Shown here: positions 32,547-43,349 of the stretch, one piece after another
How positions within the stretch are numbered: the first letter of the stretch is position 1
How the letters are laid out: every line of letters begins with the position of its first letter
Origin: an uncultured Acidobacteriota bacterium
GTDB taxonomy: Bacteria > Acidobacteriota > Thermoanaerobaculia > Gp7-AA8
DNA length: 64,000 bases
Reading direction: 5' to 3'
Assembly: GCA_963822445.1 (NCBI GenBank)
Contig: CAWGHO010000002.1
Location: 1,312,001 to 1,376,000 of the forward strand
Program-made: the position numbers and the translations under genes
Notes under the pieces: generated by a model
What the model was told of the DNA's origin: nothing
Seen by the model: only the letters and a program-made list of their open reading frames with translations
Databases searched by the model: none

Positions 32547-35199
32547 GTCAGACACCGATACTCCTCAATTCAACGACCAGCGCATTCCCGTCAACATCGA
32601 AGACGAGATGCGCAAGTCGTATCTCGACTACGCGATGTCCGTCATCATCGGACGTGCGCTGCCGGACGTCCGCGACGGCCTCAAGCCGGTGCATCGCCGC
32701 ATCCTCTACGGCATGTACGAGCAGGGGAACACGGCGGGCAAGGCCTACAAGAAATCGGCGCGCATCGTCGGCGACGTGATGGGTAAGTTCCACCCGCACG
32801 GCGACTCGGCGATCTACGACACCGTCGTGCGCATGGCCCAGGACTTCTCGATGCGGTACCGCCTCGTCGACGGCCAGGGCAACTTCGGCTCGATCGACGG
32901 CGACAACCCCGCGGCGATGCGGTACACCGAGGTTCGGCTCACGCGGCTCGCTGAAGAGCTGATGCGGGACGACATCGACAAAGAGACCATCGACTGGGTC
33001 CCGAACTACGACGGCTCGCTGTCCGAGCCTTCCGTGCTGCCGGCCAAGTATCCGAACCTGCTCGTCAACGGCTCGTCGGGCATTGCCGTCGGCATGGCCA
33101 CGAACATCCCCCCGCACAACCTCGGCGAAGTGATCGACGCCGTCCAGATGATGATCGACAACCCGTCGGTCACCTGGCAGGAGCTGATGACCGTGCTGCC
33201 GGGCCCTGATTTCCCGACCGCCGGGTACATCCACGGCATCGAAGGAATCCGCCAGGCCTACTCGACCGGCCGGGGCATCATTCAGGTGCGCGCGAAAGCG
33301 GGCATCGAGACCCAGAAGAAGAGCGAGAAGCAGCAGATCGTCGTGACGGAAGTGCCGTACATGACGAACAAGGCCCGCCTGCTCGAGAAGATCGCGGAGC
33401 TGGTCAAGGACAAGCGCATCGAAGGCATCTCCGATCTGCGCGACGAGTCCGACCGCGAAGGCATCCGCATCGTCATCGAACTGAAGCGCGACGCCATCGC
33501 CGAGATCGTGCTGAACCACCTGTATCGCAACACGCAGATGCAGACGACGTTCGGCATCATCTTCCTGGCCATCGTCAACAACAAGCCGGAGATCATGCCC
33601 CTGGCGTCGATCCTCCGGCACTTCATCGAGCATCGCAAAGAGATCGTCGTCCGCCGCACGCGCTTCGAGCTTCGCAAAGCGGAAGAGCGCGCGCATGTAC
33701 TCGAAGGCCTGGTCAAAGCGCTCGACATCCTCGACGAGCTGATCACGATGATTCGCGGCAGCCGCACGCCCGATGAAGCGAAGCAGGGACTGATTTCGAC
33801 CTGGGACTTCAGCCCGATTCAGGCGCAGGCCATTCTCGAAATGCGCCTGCAGCGCCTCACTGGTCTCGAGCGCGAGAAGCTCATCGCCGAGTACCAGGAT
33901 GTGCTCGCGACGATCGCGCGCCTCAAGGAAATTCTCGCGTCAGAAAAGCTCGTCCTCGAGATCATCTCGACCGAGCTCCGCGAGATCAAAGACGCGTACA
34001 ACGATCCGCGCCGCACCGAGATCATCCCCGACACGAACGAGATCTCGATCGAGGATCTCGTCGCCGACGAGGACATGGTCATCACCGTGTCGCGCGGCGG
34101 CTACATCAAGCGCTCGCCGCTTTCGATGTATCGCGCGCAGCGCCGCGGCGGCAAAGGCCGCATCGGCATGCAGACCAAGGAAGAGGATATCGTCGAGCAC
34201 CTCTTCGTCGCGTCGACGCACGCGTACGTGCTGGTGTTCACCGATCGCGGCCGGATGTACTGGCTGAAGGTGCACGCCATTCCGGAAGTCGCGTCGAACG
34301 CGCGCGGAAAAGCGATCGTCAATCTGCTCCCTGTCGAGCAGAACGAAAACGTTCGCGCGCTGCTCACCTCGCGCGATTTCACCGAAGGCAAGTACGTGGT
34401 GATGGCCACGCGCGCGGGCAAGATCAAGAAGACCGAGCTCGCGGCATTCTCCAATGTCCGCGCGGCGGGAATCATCGCCATCGACATCCTCGAAGGCGAC
34501 GATCTCTACGCCGTCCGCCTGTCGAACGGCAACAACGAGATCTTCGTCGGCACGCATGGCGGCATGGCCATCCGCTTCCACGAGTCGGACATCCGGCCGA
34601 TGGGCCGCGGCGCCGCCGGCGTGAAAGCGATCACTCTCAAGCGCGACGACAGCGTCATCGAGATGGAAGTGCTGCCGGAGACGCCGGAAGGACGCGTTCG
34701 CGCCGAGAAGAACGAGCGGAAAGCGCAGAACGGCGAGGAAGCGGACATCGAAGTGGAGCCGCTCGAGACCGCGGACGTGGCCGACGAGGAAGCGGGCGAG
34801 GACGAGATCATCGAAGCGCCGGACGATCAGTACGGCACGATCCTCACCGTCACCGAGCGCGGCTTCGGCAAGCGCACGCCGGTGCGCTCGTATCGCCTGA
34901 CCGCCCGCGGCGCGCGCGGCGTTTCGAACATCAAGATCACTGACAAGAACGGCAAAGTCGCCGGTGCGGCGCACGTGCAGGCCGGCGATCAGCTGCTGCT
35001 GATCACCGAGCAGGGCATGATGATCCGCGTCTCCGTCGACGGCATCCGTTCGATGGGCCGCAACACCCAGGGCGTCCGCATCATCAACATCGATGACGAC
35101 GACGTGGTCGTAGGCGCCGTGAAGGTCGTCGATCGCGAACAGCCCGAGGATGAAGACGGAGAGGAAAACGCTGCACCTGCAGAAGAGCCGGTGCACTAA
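32545..35199 (+). CDS. gyrA: DNA gyrase subunit A
   Basis: [16 protein letters not shown], GyrA-box QRRGGKG. Confidence 0.98.
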   Translation: MSDTDTPQFNDQRIPVNIEDEMRKSYLDYAMSVIIGRALPDVRDGLKPVHRRILYGMYEQGNTAGKAYKKSARIVGDVMGKFHPHGDSAIYDTVVRMAQDFSMRYRLVDGQGNFGSIDGDNPAAMRYTEVRLTRLAEELMRDDIDKETIDWVPNYDGSLSEPSVLPAKYPNLLVNGSSGIAVGMATNIPPHNLGEVIDAVQMMIDNPSVTWQELMTVLPGPDFPTAGYIHGIEGIRQAYSTGRGIIQVRAKAGIETQKKSEKQQIVVTEVPYMTNKARLLEKIAELVKDKRIEGISDLRDESDREGIRIVIELKRDAIAEIVLNHLYRNTQMQTTFGIIFLAIVNNKPEIMPLASILRHFIEHRKEIVVRRTRFELRKAEERAHVLEGLVKALDILDELITMIRGSRTPDEAKQGLISTWDFSPIQAQAILEMRLQRLTGLEREKLIAEYQDVLATIARLKEILASEKLVLEIISTELREIKDAYNDPRRTEIIPDTNEISIEDLVADEDMVITVSRGGYIKRSPLSMYRAQRRGGKGRIGMQTKEEDIVEHLFVASTHAYVLVFTDRGRMYWLKVHAIPEVASNARGKAIVNLLPVEQNENVRALLTSRDFTEGKYVVMATRAGKIKKTELAAFSNVRAAGIIAIDILEGDDLYAVRLSNGNNEIFVGTHGGMAIRFHESDIRPMGRGAAGVKAITLKRDDSVIEMEVLPETPEGRVRAEKNERKAQNGEEADIEVEPLETADVADEEAGEDEIIEAPDDQYGTILTVTERGFGKRTPVRSYRLTARGARGVSNIKITDKNGKVAGAAHVQAGDQLLLITEQGMMIRVSVDGIRSMGRNTQGVRIINIDDDDVVVGAVKVVDREQPEDEDGEENAAPAEEPVH

Positions 35200-35205
35200 C
35201 CGAAC

Positions 35206-35490
35206 ATGATTCGCCCCTCACGGGAACGGATGAGCCAACTCGCGCGCGACCTGCTCGACGCGTTGTCGCGGTCGCGCGCGGTCGTGCTTCTCAAAGACCG
35301 CGAGGTCGTCCGGCAGGCCATCGCCCACGCCCTCACCGACGAGCTGCGCCGCGAGGAAGAGCGCGAAGACAGCGCCCGCCGCCGCATCGCCGCCATGCAC
35401 CCGCGCCCGAAGACCGGTTCAGCAGAGTGGGAAGAGCTCTTCCAGAGATTTGTGGAGGAGGAGTACTTGCGGGAAGGGCTGGACAGCTAG
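35206..35490 (+). CDS. DUF507-like protein
   Basis: 94-aa helical protein; GSAEWEELFQR pattern resembles DUF507. Confidence 0.6.
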   Translation: MIRPSRERMSQLARDLLDALSRSRAVVLLKDREVVRQAIAHALTDELRREEEREDSARRRIAAMHPRPKTGSAEWEELFQRFVEEEYLREGLDS

Positions 35491-35861
35491 TTCGTTTCGG
35501 GTTCCGGCTCGGCATTCGCCGCCGCTTCCCGGGCCGCCGTGCTGCGCGTCAGGGTGTCTTCTTCCTCTTCCCCGATCATGCGCCGCAGCCTCTGCGCCTT
35601 CATCCGCTCGAAGATCCCGCCGGCGTTCCCGGCCGGAATCCAGCTGTTGCCCGCGCACTTCGGGCAGCGCCCGCGGAAGGCGATGTTTTTCCCGCAGTCC
35701 GGACAGATGATGACCAGCGAGTGAGAGAGCTCGAATTTCTGCTCCCCCTCGGCGTCCAGGCTGTTCAGGAAAGAGGCAAGGTTGGTAAACGTCTCGTCCA
35801 GGGCGTTTCTCTCCGGACGGGCGATTAGTGCACGCGACGTGCCGTGTGGTGCCTGCACCAC
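35487..35861 (-). CDS. Small zinc-ribbon hypothetical protein (start uncertain)
   Basis: CPDCG...CPKCAG, acidic tail; follows rng. Confidence 0.6.
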   Translation of the reverse strand: MVQAPHGTSRALIARPERNALDETFTNLASFLNSLDAEGEQKFELSHSLVIICPDCGKNIAFRGRCPKCAGNSWIPAGNAGGIFERMKAQRLRRMIGEEEEDTLTRSTAAREAAANAEPEPETN

Positions 35862-35865
35862 ACCT

Positions 35866-37368
35866 CTAGATCCGCATCAGATCGAACTGCTCGTGATGCA
35901 GCGACTCATCGGGCTTGAACACCAGGTGAATCCCCAGCGTCCGCTCGACCTCCTCGAAGATCGGGTCGCCGGTGTGGAGCGTTCCGTAGACGATCGGGTT
36001 CACCCTCACGATCACGTCCTGCCCTTCGTGGAAATCGCGCAGCTTTATCAGCTCGCGCCAGATCTCCAGGGCGATGGTCGTGTTCGACTTGATCCGTCCG
36101 CCGCCGCCGCAGTACGGGCAGGCCTGCGTCAGTGACCGCTCCAGGCTCTGGCGAACGCGTTTCCGTGTCATCTCGATGAGCCCGAACTCGGAGATCTGCA
36201 GGATCTTCGTCTTCGAGCGATCCTTCTTGATCTCCACCTCCAGCGCTTCGAAGAGCCGCTGACGGTTCGATGCGTCTTCCATGTCGATGAAGTCGAGGAC
36301 GATGATGCCGCCGAGGTCGCGGAGGCGGATCTGGCGGACGATTTCCTTGGCCGCCTCGAGGTTCGTGCGGAACACGGTCTCCTCGAGGTTCTTCTTCCCG
36401 ACGTACTTGCCCGTGTTCACGTCGATCGCCACCAGAGCCTCGGTCTGATTGATGACGATGTACCCGCCCGATTTCAGCCAGACCTTCGACTTCAGGGCCT
36501 TGGCGATCTCCGGCTCGATTCCGAACTCGTCGAAGATCGGCTCGTCGCGGCGGAACAGGCGCACACGCGGGACGAGCTGCGGCTGAATCTGATCGAGGAA
36601 CTCGACGATGCGCTGGTACTGCTCGATCGAGTCGACCCAGACGCTCTTGAACTCCGCGGACAGCACATCGCGGATCGTGCGCAGGACGAGATCGAGATCG
36701 TGATGAATGGCATTCGGTGCCGAAGCCTTGTCGGCGCGGCGGCGGATGTGCTCCCAAAGATCGGTGAGGTACTTCAGATCGGCCGCGAACTCCGCTTCAT
36801 CGCGACCCTCACCGGCGGTGCGCACGATGAAGCCGCCGTGAGTGCCCGGGCGGATCCGCTCGAGCATTTCCTTGAGCCGTCCTCGCTCTTCCTCGTCCTC
36901 AATGCGCCGCGACACGCCGACGTGATTCACGGTCGGCATGTAGACCAGGAAGCGGCCCGGCAGGGTGATGTGGCTGGTGATGCGCGCGCCTTTGCCGGCG
37001 ATGGTGTCCTTCGAGACCTGCACCACGATCTCCTGCCCTTCACGCAGCAGATCGGAAATCGAGGCCTCGGACCGATGGCTGGGCGCGACGTCGTCGAGGT
37101 GGAGCTCGTCGGGCGTCTCGCTCTCGTACTCCTCCAGCTCCTCGAGGACGTCGGAGACGTAGAGGAAGGCGTCGCGCTCCAGGCCGAGGTCGACGAAGGC
37201 GGACTGCATGCCCGGGAGGACCTTGGTGACGCGGCCCTTGTAGATGTTTCCGACGATGGTGCGGTGGCGGATCCGCTCCACCCACAGCTCGACCACCTGA
37301 CCTTCGTCGAGCACAGCAATGCGCGACTCGTGTCGGGTCGCATTGATCACGATCTCGCGCGACGACAT
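35866..37368 (-). CDS. rng: Rne/Rng family ribonuclease (RNase G length)
   Basis: GNIYKGRV..VLPGMQSAFVD, IDVNTG, EMTRKR, CPYC. Confidence 0.93.
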   Translation of the reverse strand: MSSREIVINATRHESRIAVLDEGQVVELWVERIRHRTIVGNIYKGRVTKVLPGMQSAFVDLGLERDAFLYVSDVLEELEEYESETPDELHLDDVAPSHRSEASISDLLREGQEIVVQVSKDTIAGKGARITSHITLPGRFLVYMPTVNHVGVSRRIEDEEERGRLKEMLERIRPGTHGGFIVRTAGEGRDEAEFAADLKYLTDLWEHIRRRADKASAPNAIHHDLDLVLRTIRDVLSAEFKSVWVDSIEQYQRIVEFLDQIQPQLVPRVRLFRRDEPIFDEFGIEPEIAKALKSKVWLKSGGYIVINQTEALVAIDVNTGKYVGKKNLEETVFRTNLEAAKEIVRQIRLRDLGGIIVLDFIDMEDASNRQRLFEALEVEIKKDRSKTKILQISEFGLIEMTRKRVRQSLERSLTQACPYCGGGGRIKSNTTIALEIWRELIKLRDFHEGQDVIVRVNPIVYGTLHTGDPIFEEVERTLGIHLVFKPDESLHHEQFDLMRI

Positions 37369-37450
37369 CCGGCGCGAATTGTAGACGCGCTGGCCCGATC
37401 CACCTCGTGGAATCGCCCCGCGCTCCCCGCGGTTAACGCGCTAGCCTGCC

Positions 37451-37479
37451 TTGACCACGGGCAGCCGCGGTGCTATTTT
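37451..37479 (+). promoter_or_regulatory. Sigma70 promoter of tRNA-Asn
   Basis: TTGACC-17 nt-TATTTT with extended TG and a GC-rich discriminator. Confidence 0.65.
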
Positions 37480-37501
37480 CCGCGCCCCTTTTGCCAAGTA
37501 C

Positions 37502-37577
37502 TCCGGCATAGCTCAGTTGGTAGAGCAGCGGACTGTTAATCCGCGGGTCGTAGGTTCGAGTCCTACTGCCGGAGCCA
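37502..37577 (+). tRNA. tRNA-Asn(GTT)
   Basis: TCCGGCA acceptor stem, AGCTCAGTTGGTAGAGC D-arm, GCGGA-CTGTTAA-TCCGC anticodon arm, GTTCGAG T-loop, encoded CCA. Confidence 0.97.
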
Positions 37578-37590
37578 TTTCCTCCCGCCC

Positions 37591-40500
37591 TCAGGTCTGA
37601 TCGGCAGCGCCCCGCTTCTCCGAGAAGACTCCAATCAGCTTCATGATGATCGGCAGGCCCGTCGTGAGCGCGGTGGCGAACGCCGTGGTCGTCGTCAGCA
37701 GGTCTTTCTGCGTCGCGAAGAGCAGAAGCAGGAAGCTGATGATCACGATGAAGAACGGGAGGCGGAGCGAGTCCCAGGTGCTCTCCCCATGTTCGGCGCG
37801 GGCGCGGCCAACCACGTCTTCACGCTGCGCTGCGCCGAGGACGTAGAGGCGGAAGGTCTCGCTGAACAGTTGCAGGTTGGGATCGTGGCGCACCAGCCCG
37901 CGGGCGATGAGGCGCCGCAGCGTCCGTCTGTTTCGTCCGTTCGCCAGGCCGTTGTGCGCGAGTTGGAAGAGCAGCAGCTTTTCGTCTTGGCGGCAACTCG
38001 CCCACAGGCCGGCGTAGTAAGTCTCGGCGCGCTCGGAGATCTCGTCGAGCAGATGCGCGCGGTCGGCGCCGGTCGGAAGCTCATCACGCAGGCGACGGAG
38101 GAACGGGTTGTACGCCGTCTCCTTGTCCAGCCAGTTTTTCGGCGCGCCGACGTGCAACTGGCTCAGCGTCCGGAAGTTCTGCCGCCGTTTCCACTCCTCA
38201 TGCCGCAGCTCCAGCTCCTCGGCCGTAACGGTCACGAACCGGTCCAGCACCGCCCGCCAGCGCGCGAGATAGTCAGGCGGAGGATCGTTCGGCGGCCCGA
38301 CAGTCATCACGAAAGCCGGACTGACCGTGGAGATCATGATCACCGTGCGATCGGGGAGCGACAACAGCCGCTCCAGCCATCGCAGCTTCTTCAGATTCAC
38401 GTCGCCGTTGTTGATCTCGTGTTCGAAGTCGACGATGCGCGTGTTCCGGCCCGCCGCGCTGCTGTCGAGCTTTTCGAGCGCGGTGTCCCACGTGTCGGTG
38501 CGGTCGAGCTCCTCGAACGAGATGTTCAGGAACGGCAGGCCTTTGCCCATCGGATCATCGCCGGTCAGGGTCGCGGCGTCCTTGTCGCGACGGACCAGGA
38601 AGATGTGATCGCCGAGGGTCGGGCTGAGGGGCAGACGGGCCATCCAGTGCGGCTCCGTCACGTCCATCAGCAGGACTCGCGACGCGATGAAACCGGCGGC
38701 GTACCAGAAGACGATGAGGACGGCGAGGCCGCTGACCACCATCGCCACCAACGGATAACCGGGATTGCTGTCGTCATGGTCGCCCGTCGAGCTTCGGAGC
38801 GAGAAAATGACGATCTTCTGATGTGGCGGCACCGGAGTGTCCGGCCAGAGTTTCCGGGATACGCCGACGTCGAAACGGACTTTGCGCTCGAGCGTCAGGC
38901 AGTCGCGCCGGCCCTGCAGACCATCGTGGTCCGAGCACGTTTCGTCGCGCCTCCACTGCCAGAGTCTGTCCGCGGTTCCAACGTCGAACAGCGGCCGGAT
39001 CGCGATCGAATCCTCGTACAGAGCGGGCAGCAGGTTCGTGGCCCAGAAGGGGATCGTCGGCTGGAGATCCGGCTGTTCGAGACGAGCTGTCCAGAGTTGC
39101 CAGCTGCTGCTGAACATCTCGCTCAGAATCGCGGGGCGGTGGATATCGCCGGCGACAGCCTGAGTGTTGTGTGACAGCACGTTGAGTTTCGTCAGACGGT
39201 CGATCCGGTGCTCCAGGTCCGCGGCGGCGCGGAGCTGGCCGTACTTCACCAGCAGCTCTGACTGCACGTGGCGGCTGATGTTGAAGAAAGCGGCCACCGG
39301 CAGCGCGGCGCACAGGACGAGGAGCAGGACGCCGCAGAGACGGTAGAGGACCGAGTATCCGATCGGGAAGCGCGCCAGCGTGCTCCGCGTGAAACGACTT
39401 ACCGCGGGGCTGGTGATCGCCATCGCGGTGAGCGTGGCGACGGCGATGGCGACGGCGAAGAGCACCGCTTTCGCGATCTTCGGGTCCTCGGAGAAAAAAC
39501 GGCCTGAAACGACTTCGTAGCCGAGGAGGAAATAGAAAAGGACCGCGTTGGCGACGATCCACAACGCCGCGGCGATCATGAAGCGCCGCCCGCGCGCGAT
39601 CCGATGCAGCACGAGATAGGTGCTCAGCATGGCCAGCGCCGGAATCATCGTCACGGCGTAAAACGCCGACCACGGCGTGAGCACATAAACGGTCAGGGCG
39701 AAGAGCAGCAAAAGTGCGAGATAGATGACACAGAGGCGCAGGTAGTCGCTGCGCCTCGACTCGTCCGGCCAGATGCTCGGCGCGCGGTATCCGGGGACGA
39801 CGACGAGCACGAAAATGTACAGAAGGACATACGGTGCCGCGCTGATGAGCAGGAGCAACAGCGTGAGCAGCGCCGCCTCCACGTTCAACACGCGCGTGAG
39901 CCGTTTCGCGCGGTAGACGATCAGCGTCCAGCGCGAGCCGGTCAGCGGCTGCACGAACATCGACTTGTCTTCGCCCCAGTAACTCGCCGACACGTGGCTC
40001 TGGCGGCGGGCAAGCACCGCCGACCGCAGCTCTCGATTGCGATCGGTCTCGGTGAAGATGTTCTCGTACCCGATGCGCTCGTTGTCGGAGTGATAAATGA
40101 CTTCGCCGTACTCGTCGATGATCGCCATCTCGACGCCGGTCGGCCGCACGGCGTGGGTGATGTCGATCAGGTCGGTGGACATGGCAATCACCGGGTACAG
40201 CGGATCGGGAGCGTTGAGCGGAAGCCTCGGGTCGCGCGTGTTCTTCGCCAGTACCGCCCGGACCTCGCCGGTCGATCGCGACCGGACCCACTCGAGAACG
40301 TAGGGCTGCTCTTTGACGGTCCAGGTCCGGTTGATCAACGCGTCGCGGAAGTACTGCCGCTGGCCGACGTCACCGACAGGAGTCGCCTTCCTGAAGTCGA
40401 AACGGACCTTCTGCTTTCCATCCTTGTCGATCCATGCGATTGAATCGATGTAGGGATAACCGCCGACGTTCCTGGGATCCGTCAGGCCTCGTACGATCTT

Positions 40501-41682
40501 CGACTCGTCGGCGGACGTCGGCACCGGACCGGCCAGCGCCTGCGCGCGGTTGAGCACGGTCATCGCGCGCACGACGTTCCTGCCGAAGTCGTCCACCACC
40601 ATTTCGCTGAAATCGTGGAGCTGTTCGTCGGCGCCGCGCGTAAGACTGCGATAGGCGAAGACGTCGAACACGGCCAGCGTCAGCACGCACGCGCCGACGG
40701 CCGTGCAGATCACGATCAGCGCGACGTCGCCGATGGTCAGCTCCTCGCCCGGATGGATGAGCGCGATCCGGAGAAACGGCCAGCAGCAAAGCGCGAGAAG
40801 AGCGATCGCCACCGCCACGAGAATCACCGAGGCGGAGACGGCCGAGACGTCGTAACGGAAGCGGGACGCGGAGACGAGACCGCAGATGATCCACGGCTGC
40901 GCCTTGCCCGTCTGGCTGACGCTCTCGCGTGCGAAGGGATAAGGCTGCGCGAAGAGCAGGTAGTCGTCGTCGCCGAGGCGCACGCGCAGCTGTTCGGTTC
41001 CCTGCAGCAGCCGGTCCGCTTTCAACGGCACGTACTCGCGCCATCGCGTTCGTTCCTCGATCGCGCTGAAGTGGGTGATCACGAGTGCCGAACGGCTTTC
41101 GCGCTCCCTCCTGGCGCGGTTCGCCGAGCGAATGATGGCCGGCGTCGGTTCGGGGAGTCCGAGATCCTCGTCGAGCGGATCCTCTTCCGTCGTCAGCAGC
41201 GAAGACGCGGCCGGCGGCGTCCGGAAACTGTAGAGAATCCGCCCTTCATGGTTTGCGATGAGGACCATGTCGAATGCCGCGCCGACCCGCCGCGCGAAGA
41301 TGGGCCGCAGCACGTCGTCGAGCCGCACGGTGGCATACGCGGTCCCGGCGTACAGCTTGATCGCCCACCCGCGCGCGGTCTCGTACGGCTCGCGCTTGAT
41401 CTCCGCCTCGGCCGGTATCTCCTTCGGACTCCTTCGGTCCGGCTTCAGGATGCCCTCGCGGAGCTCGCGCACGTGCGTTCCGATCCGCCCTTCGATCTGC
41501 GCCGCCAGCGTCGAGATCAGACGGAGGTTGCGGCCGGTGTAGTAATCGACCTGGCCGCGGTAGAAGGCGTAATACATCGCGCCGATGACCGCGATCGCCG
41601 TGATGGTGATGATCAGAGGCCCGCGCAACGCGGATCGAATCTTCCGCTTGACGCGCGCGGCACCCTCCGCAAACGTGGTCAT
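37591..41682 (-). CDS. Large multi-pass membrane protein with two Cache-like periplasmic regions
   Basis: 1363 aa; RQYFRDA and IIDEYGEVIYHS Cache-like motifs; many TM segments. Confidence 0.75.
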   Translation of the reverse strand: MTTFAEGAARVKRKIRSALRGPLIITITAIAVIGAMYYAFYRGQVDYYTGRNLRLISTLAAQIEGRIGTHVRELREGILKPDRRSPKEIPAEAEIKREPYETARGWAIKLYAGTAYATVRLDDVLRPIFARRVGAAFDMVLIANHEGRILYSFRTPPAASSLLTTEEDPLDEDLGLPEPTPAIIRSANRARRERESRSALVITHFSAIEERTRWREYVPLKADRLLQGTEQLRVRLGDDDYLLFAQPYPFARESVSQTGKAQPWIICGLVSASRFRYDVSAVSASVILVAVAIALLALCCWPFLRIALIHPGEELTIGDVALIVICTAVGACVLTLAVFDVFAYRSLTRGADEQLHDFSEMVVDDFGRNVVRAMTVLNRAQALAGPVPTSADESKIVRGLTDPRNVGGYPYIDSIAWIDKDGKQKVRFDFRKATPVGDVGQRQYFRDALINRTWTVKEQPYVLEWVRSRSTGEVRAVLAKNTRDPRLPLNAPDPLYPVIAMSTDLIDITHAVRPTGVEMAIIDEYGEVIYHSDNERIGYENIFTETDRNRELRSAVLARRQSHVSASYWGEDKSMFVQPLTGSRWTLIVYRAKRLTRVLNVEAALLTLLLLLISAAPYVLLYIFVLVVVPGYRAPSIWPDESRRSDYLRLCVIYLALLLLFALTVYVLTPWSAFYAVTMIPALAMLSTYLVLHRIARGRRFMIAAALWIVANAVLFYFLLGYEVVSGRFFSEDPKIAKAVLFAVAIAVATLTAMAITSPAVSRFTRSTLARFPIGYSVLYRLCGVLLLVLCAALPVAAFFNISRHVQSELLVKYGQLRAAADLEHRIDRLTKLNVLSHNTQAVAGDIHRPAILSEMFSSSWQLWTARLEQPDLQPTIPFWATNLLPALYEDSIAIRPLFDVGTADRLWQWRRDETCSDHDGLQGRRDCLTLERKVRFDVGVSRKLWPDTPVPPHQKIVIFSLRSSTGDHDDSNPGYPLVAMVVSGLAVLIVFWYAAGFIASRVLLMDVTEPHWMARLPLSPTLGDHIFLVRRDKDAATLTGDDPMGKGLPFLNISFEELDRTDTWDTALEKLDSSAAGRNTRIVDFEHEINNGDVNLKKLRWLERLLSLPDRTVIMISTVSPAFVMTVGPPNDPPPDYLARWRAVLDRFVTVTAEELELRHEEWKRRQNFRTLSQLHVGAPKNWLDKETAYNPFLRRLRDELPTGADRAHLLDEISERAETYYAGLWASCRQDEKLLLFQLAHNGLANGRNRRTLRRLIARGLVRHDPNLQLFSETFRLYVLGAAQREDVVGRARAEHGESTWDSLRLPFFIVIISFLLLLFATQKDLLTTTTAFATALTTGLPIIMKLIGVFSEKRGAADQT

Positions 41683-41707
41683 GGATTGGCCTTCTACTAG
41701 TGGGAGG

Positions 41708-41792
41708 ACCGCCGGTGCCGTATTTCCCTACCCGGAGATGACTCCGCCGAGCGGACGCGCGCGTTCGACACGCTCGTGGTCTGGAAGCCGCT
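41708..41792 (+). repeat. Internally deleted duplicate of the ECF sigma upstream region and 5' end
   Basis: 41708-41736 = 43411-43439; 41737-41777 = 43524-43564; 41781-41792 = 43574-43585. Confidence 0.92.
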
Positions 41793-41798
41793 GCGGCT

Positions 41799-42377
41799 TC
41801 AAAGGATCGCTTGCACGACCACCCAAACAGCCCCGAAACCATCAACGATCGCGAAGAGGTAGAACACCCTTATGAGGCCTCCAGTTATGGTGTCGGCGGC
41901 GACGGGTCGCGCAAGCCACGTCGCGGCGTTCTGAAGGATCTCGCGTTCGCTGGACATTCCCCGAGTTGTCTCGACAGCTAACGTCGCTCCTTCGAAGGTG
42001 TGCCCCTCTATCTGCCGGGTGCGTCCGAGAAGGTTTTCTACGAGTGTTTTCTTGTAGACAACAGCACGGTAGTAGCTGTGTCCCTGCTTCACAGCTCTCG
42101 CGGCCAAGACCGCTATGCACAGTCCGACGATGAGGACTGCCACGACAAGAACCGGTGCATTCTCACCGCCGAATCTCAGAAGAGTCGCCGCTACGGTAAC
42201 GATAGCCGCGTTGAGGCCGAGATAACTCTGGGTTCGATCCGAGTTGAGCTTCACCTGGAACCGATACTCCTCCATCAGCAACTCGTGAAGGGCCACGAGC
42301 TCGCTACGGCCGATATCAATCGGCGTCTCGGCATTCCAGGCAAGTCGGACGCGTTCGGCCGGCTCGGGATCGGTCAT
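41799..42377 (-). CDS. Hypothetical 3-TM membrane protein
   Basis: TM hairpin after EEYRFQ...NAAIV plus a C-terminal TM; ATGA overlap with the NUDIX gene. Confidence 0.75.
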   Translation of the reverse strand: MTDPEPAERVRLAWNAETPIDIGRSELVALHELLMEEYRFQVKLNSDRTQSYLGLNAAIVTVAATLLRFGGENAPVLVVAVLIVGLCIAVLAARAVKQGHSYYRAVVYKKTLVENLLGRTRQIEGHTFEGATLAVETTRGMSSEREILQNAATWLARPVAADTITGGLIRVFYLFAIVDGFGAVWVVVQAIL

Positions 42378-42904
42378 CGGCCCCGGGTCGCGCCTTCGTA
42401 GAATCCGAACAGATGCTTGAACGTAGGGGTGAACTCGCGACCACCGCTCACCAGCAGTTCGCGGATCGTGCTGAGAGGCAAGAACTCTACGGCCGCGATG
42501 TGGCCGGACTCGATTTGAAATGGACCGTCCATGACTGTTTCGAACAAGGTAATGAACTTCGACGACGCGGAGTCAGCCATGACGGTGGCTCCCACCTCCC
42601 GGACGTGACCAAGGACTCCGATTTCCTGTGATGCACGCCGCGCGATCGCGTTTTCGTAGGTCTCTCCGCTGAAGAGATACGCGGCAACGGACGAACCCCA
42701 GGCAAGCGGATGGCGCTCACGGGTTGCTGCAAGCTGCTGAATCAAGAGCTCACCGGCGGAGTTGAAAACAAAGAGATGAGCGACACGAAAATTCAGGCCT
42801 GAGGGAAGCACCTCGCGTCGGCGAACGACACCGACTGGGACGTCAGCGCGGTCGACTGCGTCGATCAGCATATCTGGCCCGGGATTAGGAAAGACCGCAC
42901 TCAC
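42374..42904 (-). CDS. NUDIX / type-1 IDI-fold protein with degenerate catalytic motifs
   Basis: VD..D..VG, HLFVFNSAGELLIQ, GETYENAIARRASQEIG, FTPTF. Confidence 0.8.
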   Translation of the reverse strand: MSAVFPNPGPDMLIDAVDRADVPVGVVRRREVLPSGLNFRVAHLFVFNSAGELLIQQLAATRERHPLAWGSSVAAYLFSGETYENAIARRASQEIGVLGHVREVGATVMADSASSKFITLFETVMDGPFQIESGHIAAVEFLPLSTIRELLVSGGREFTPTFKHLFGFYEGATRGR

Positions 42905-42919
42905 GATAGGTTCCCCCGT

Positions 42920-43342
42920 TCAGGACGCGCGACGTTTCCGCGCGCGCTTGCTTGCTGCGCGCTTCGGAGGCATTCGTGTGACAAAGCCACTGGTTGCGTC
43001 GAGGATCTCCGCGGCGCGCTCTCGCGCTATGCGGATAGCCTCATGCTCTGAGATCCGCTGACGATATTCCGTCCTTTCTGTCGCCGACGGCGTTGCCTCC
43101 CGGGGCAAGCGCGCGATCGAGTTACTTGCAGCCACGTGCAGTGACCGGCTCTTAGGCTCAACCTTTTCTAGAAATCGCCGGAGAAGTTCTTCCACGAGTG
43201 CGTCTCGCATACCGTGGCCGTGTCGCTCTGCGATGGCATTGAAGTCGAAAACGAGCTGCTGAGGCAGCGAGGCGTTTAGCTGCTTCCTGCCGGTAAGTTC
43301 TTTCTTCGATCCCGAAGGCTTCGTCTGGACTGGTCTAGCCAT
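42920..43342 (-). CDS. Putative ribbon-helix-helix DNA-binding protein
   Basis: KQLNASLPQQLVFDFNAIAERHG...DALVEELLRRFL; GGAG RBS. Confidence 0.55.
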   Translation of the reverse strand: MARPVQTKPSGSKKELTGRKQLNASLPQQLVFDFNAIAERHGHGMRDALVEELLRRFLEKVEPKSRSLHVAASNSIARLPREATPSATERTEYRQRISEHEAIRIARERAAEILDATSGFVTRMPPKRAASKRARKRRAS

Positions 43343-43349
43343 GGCTCCA

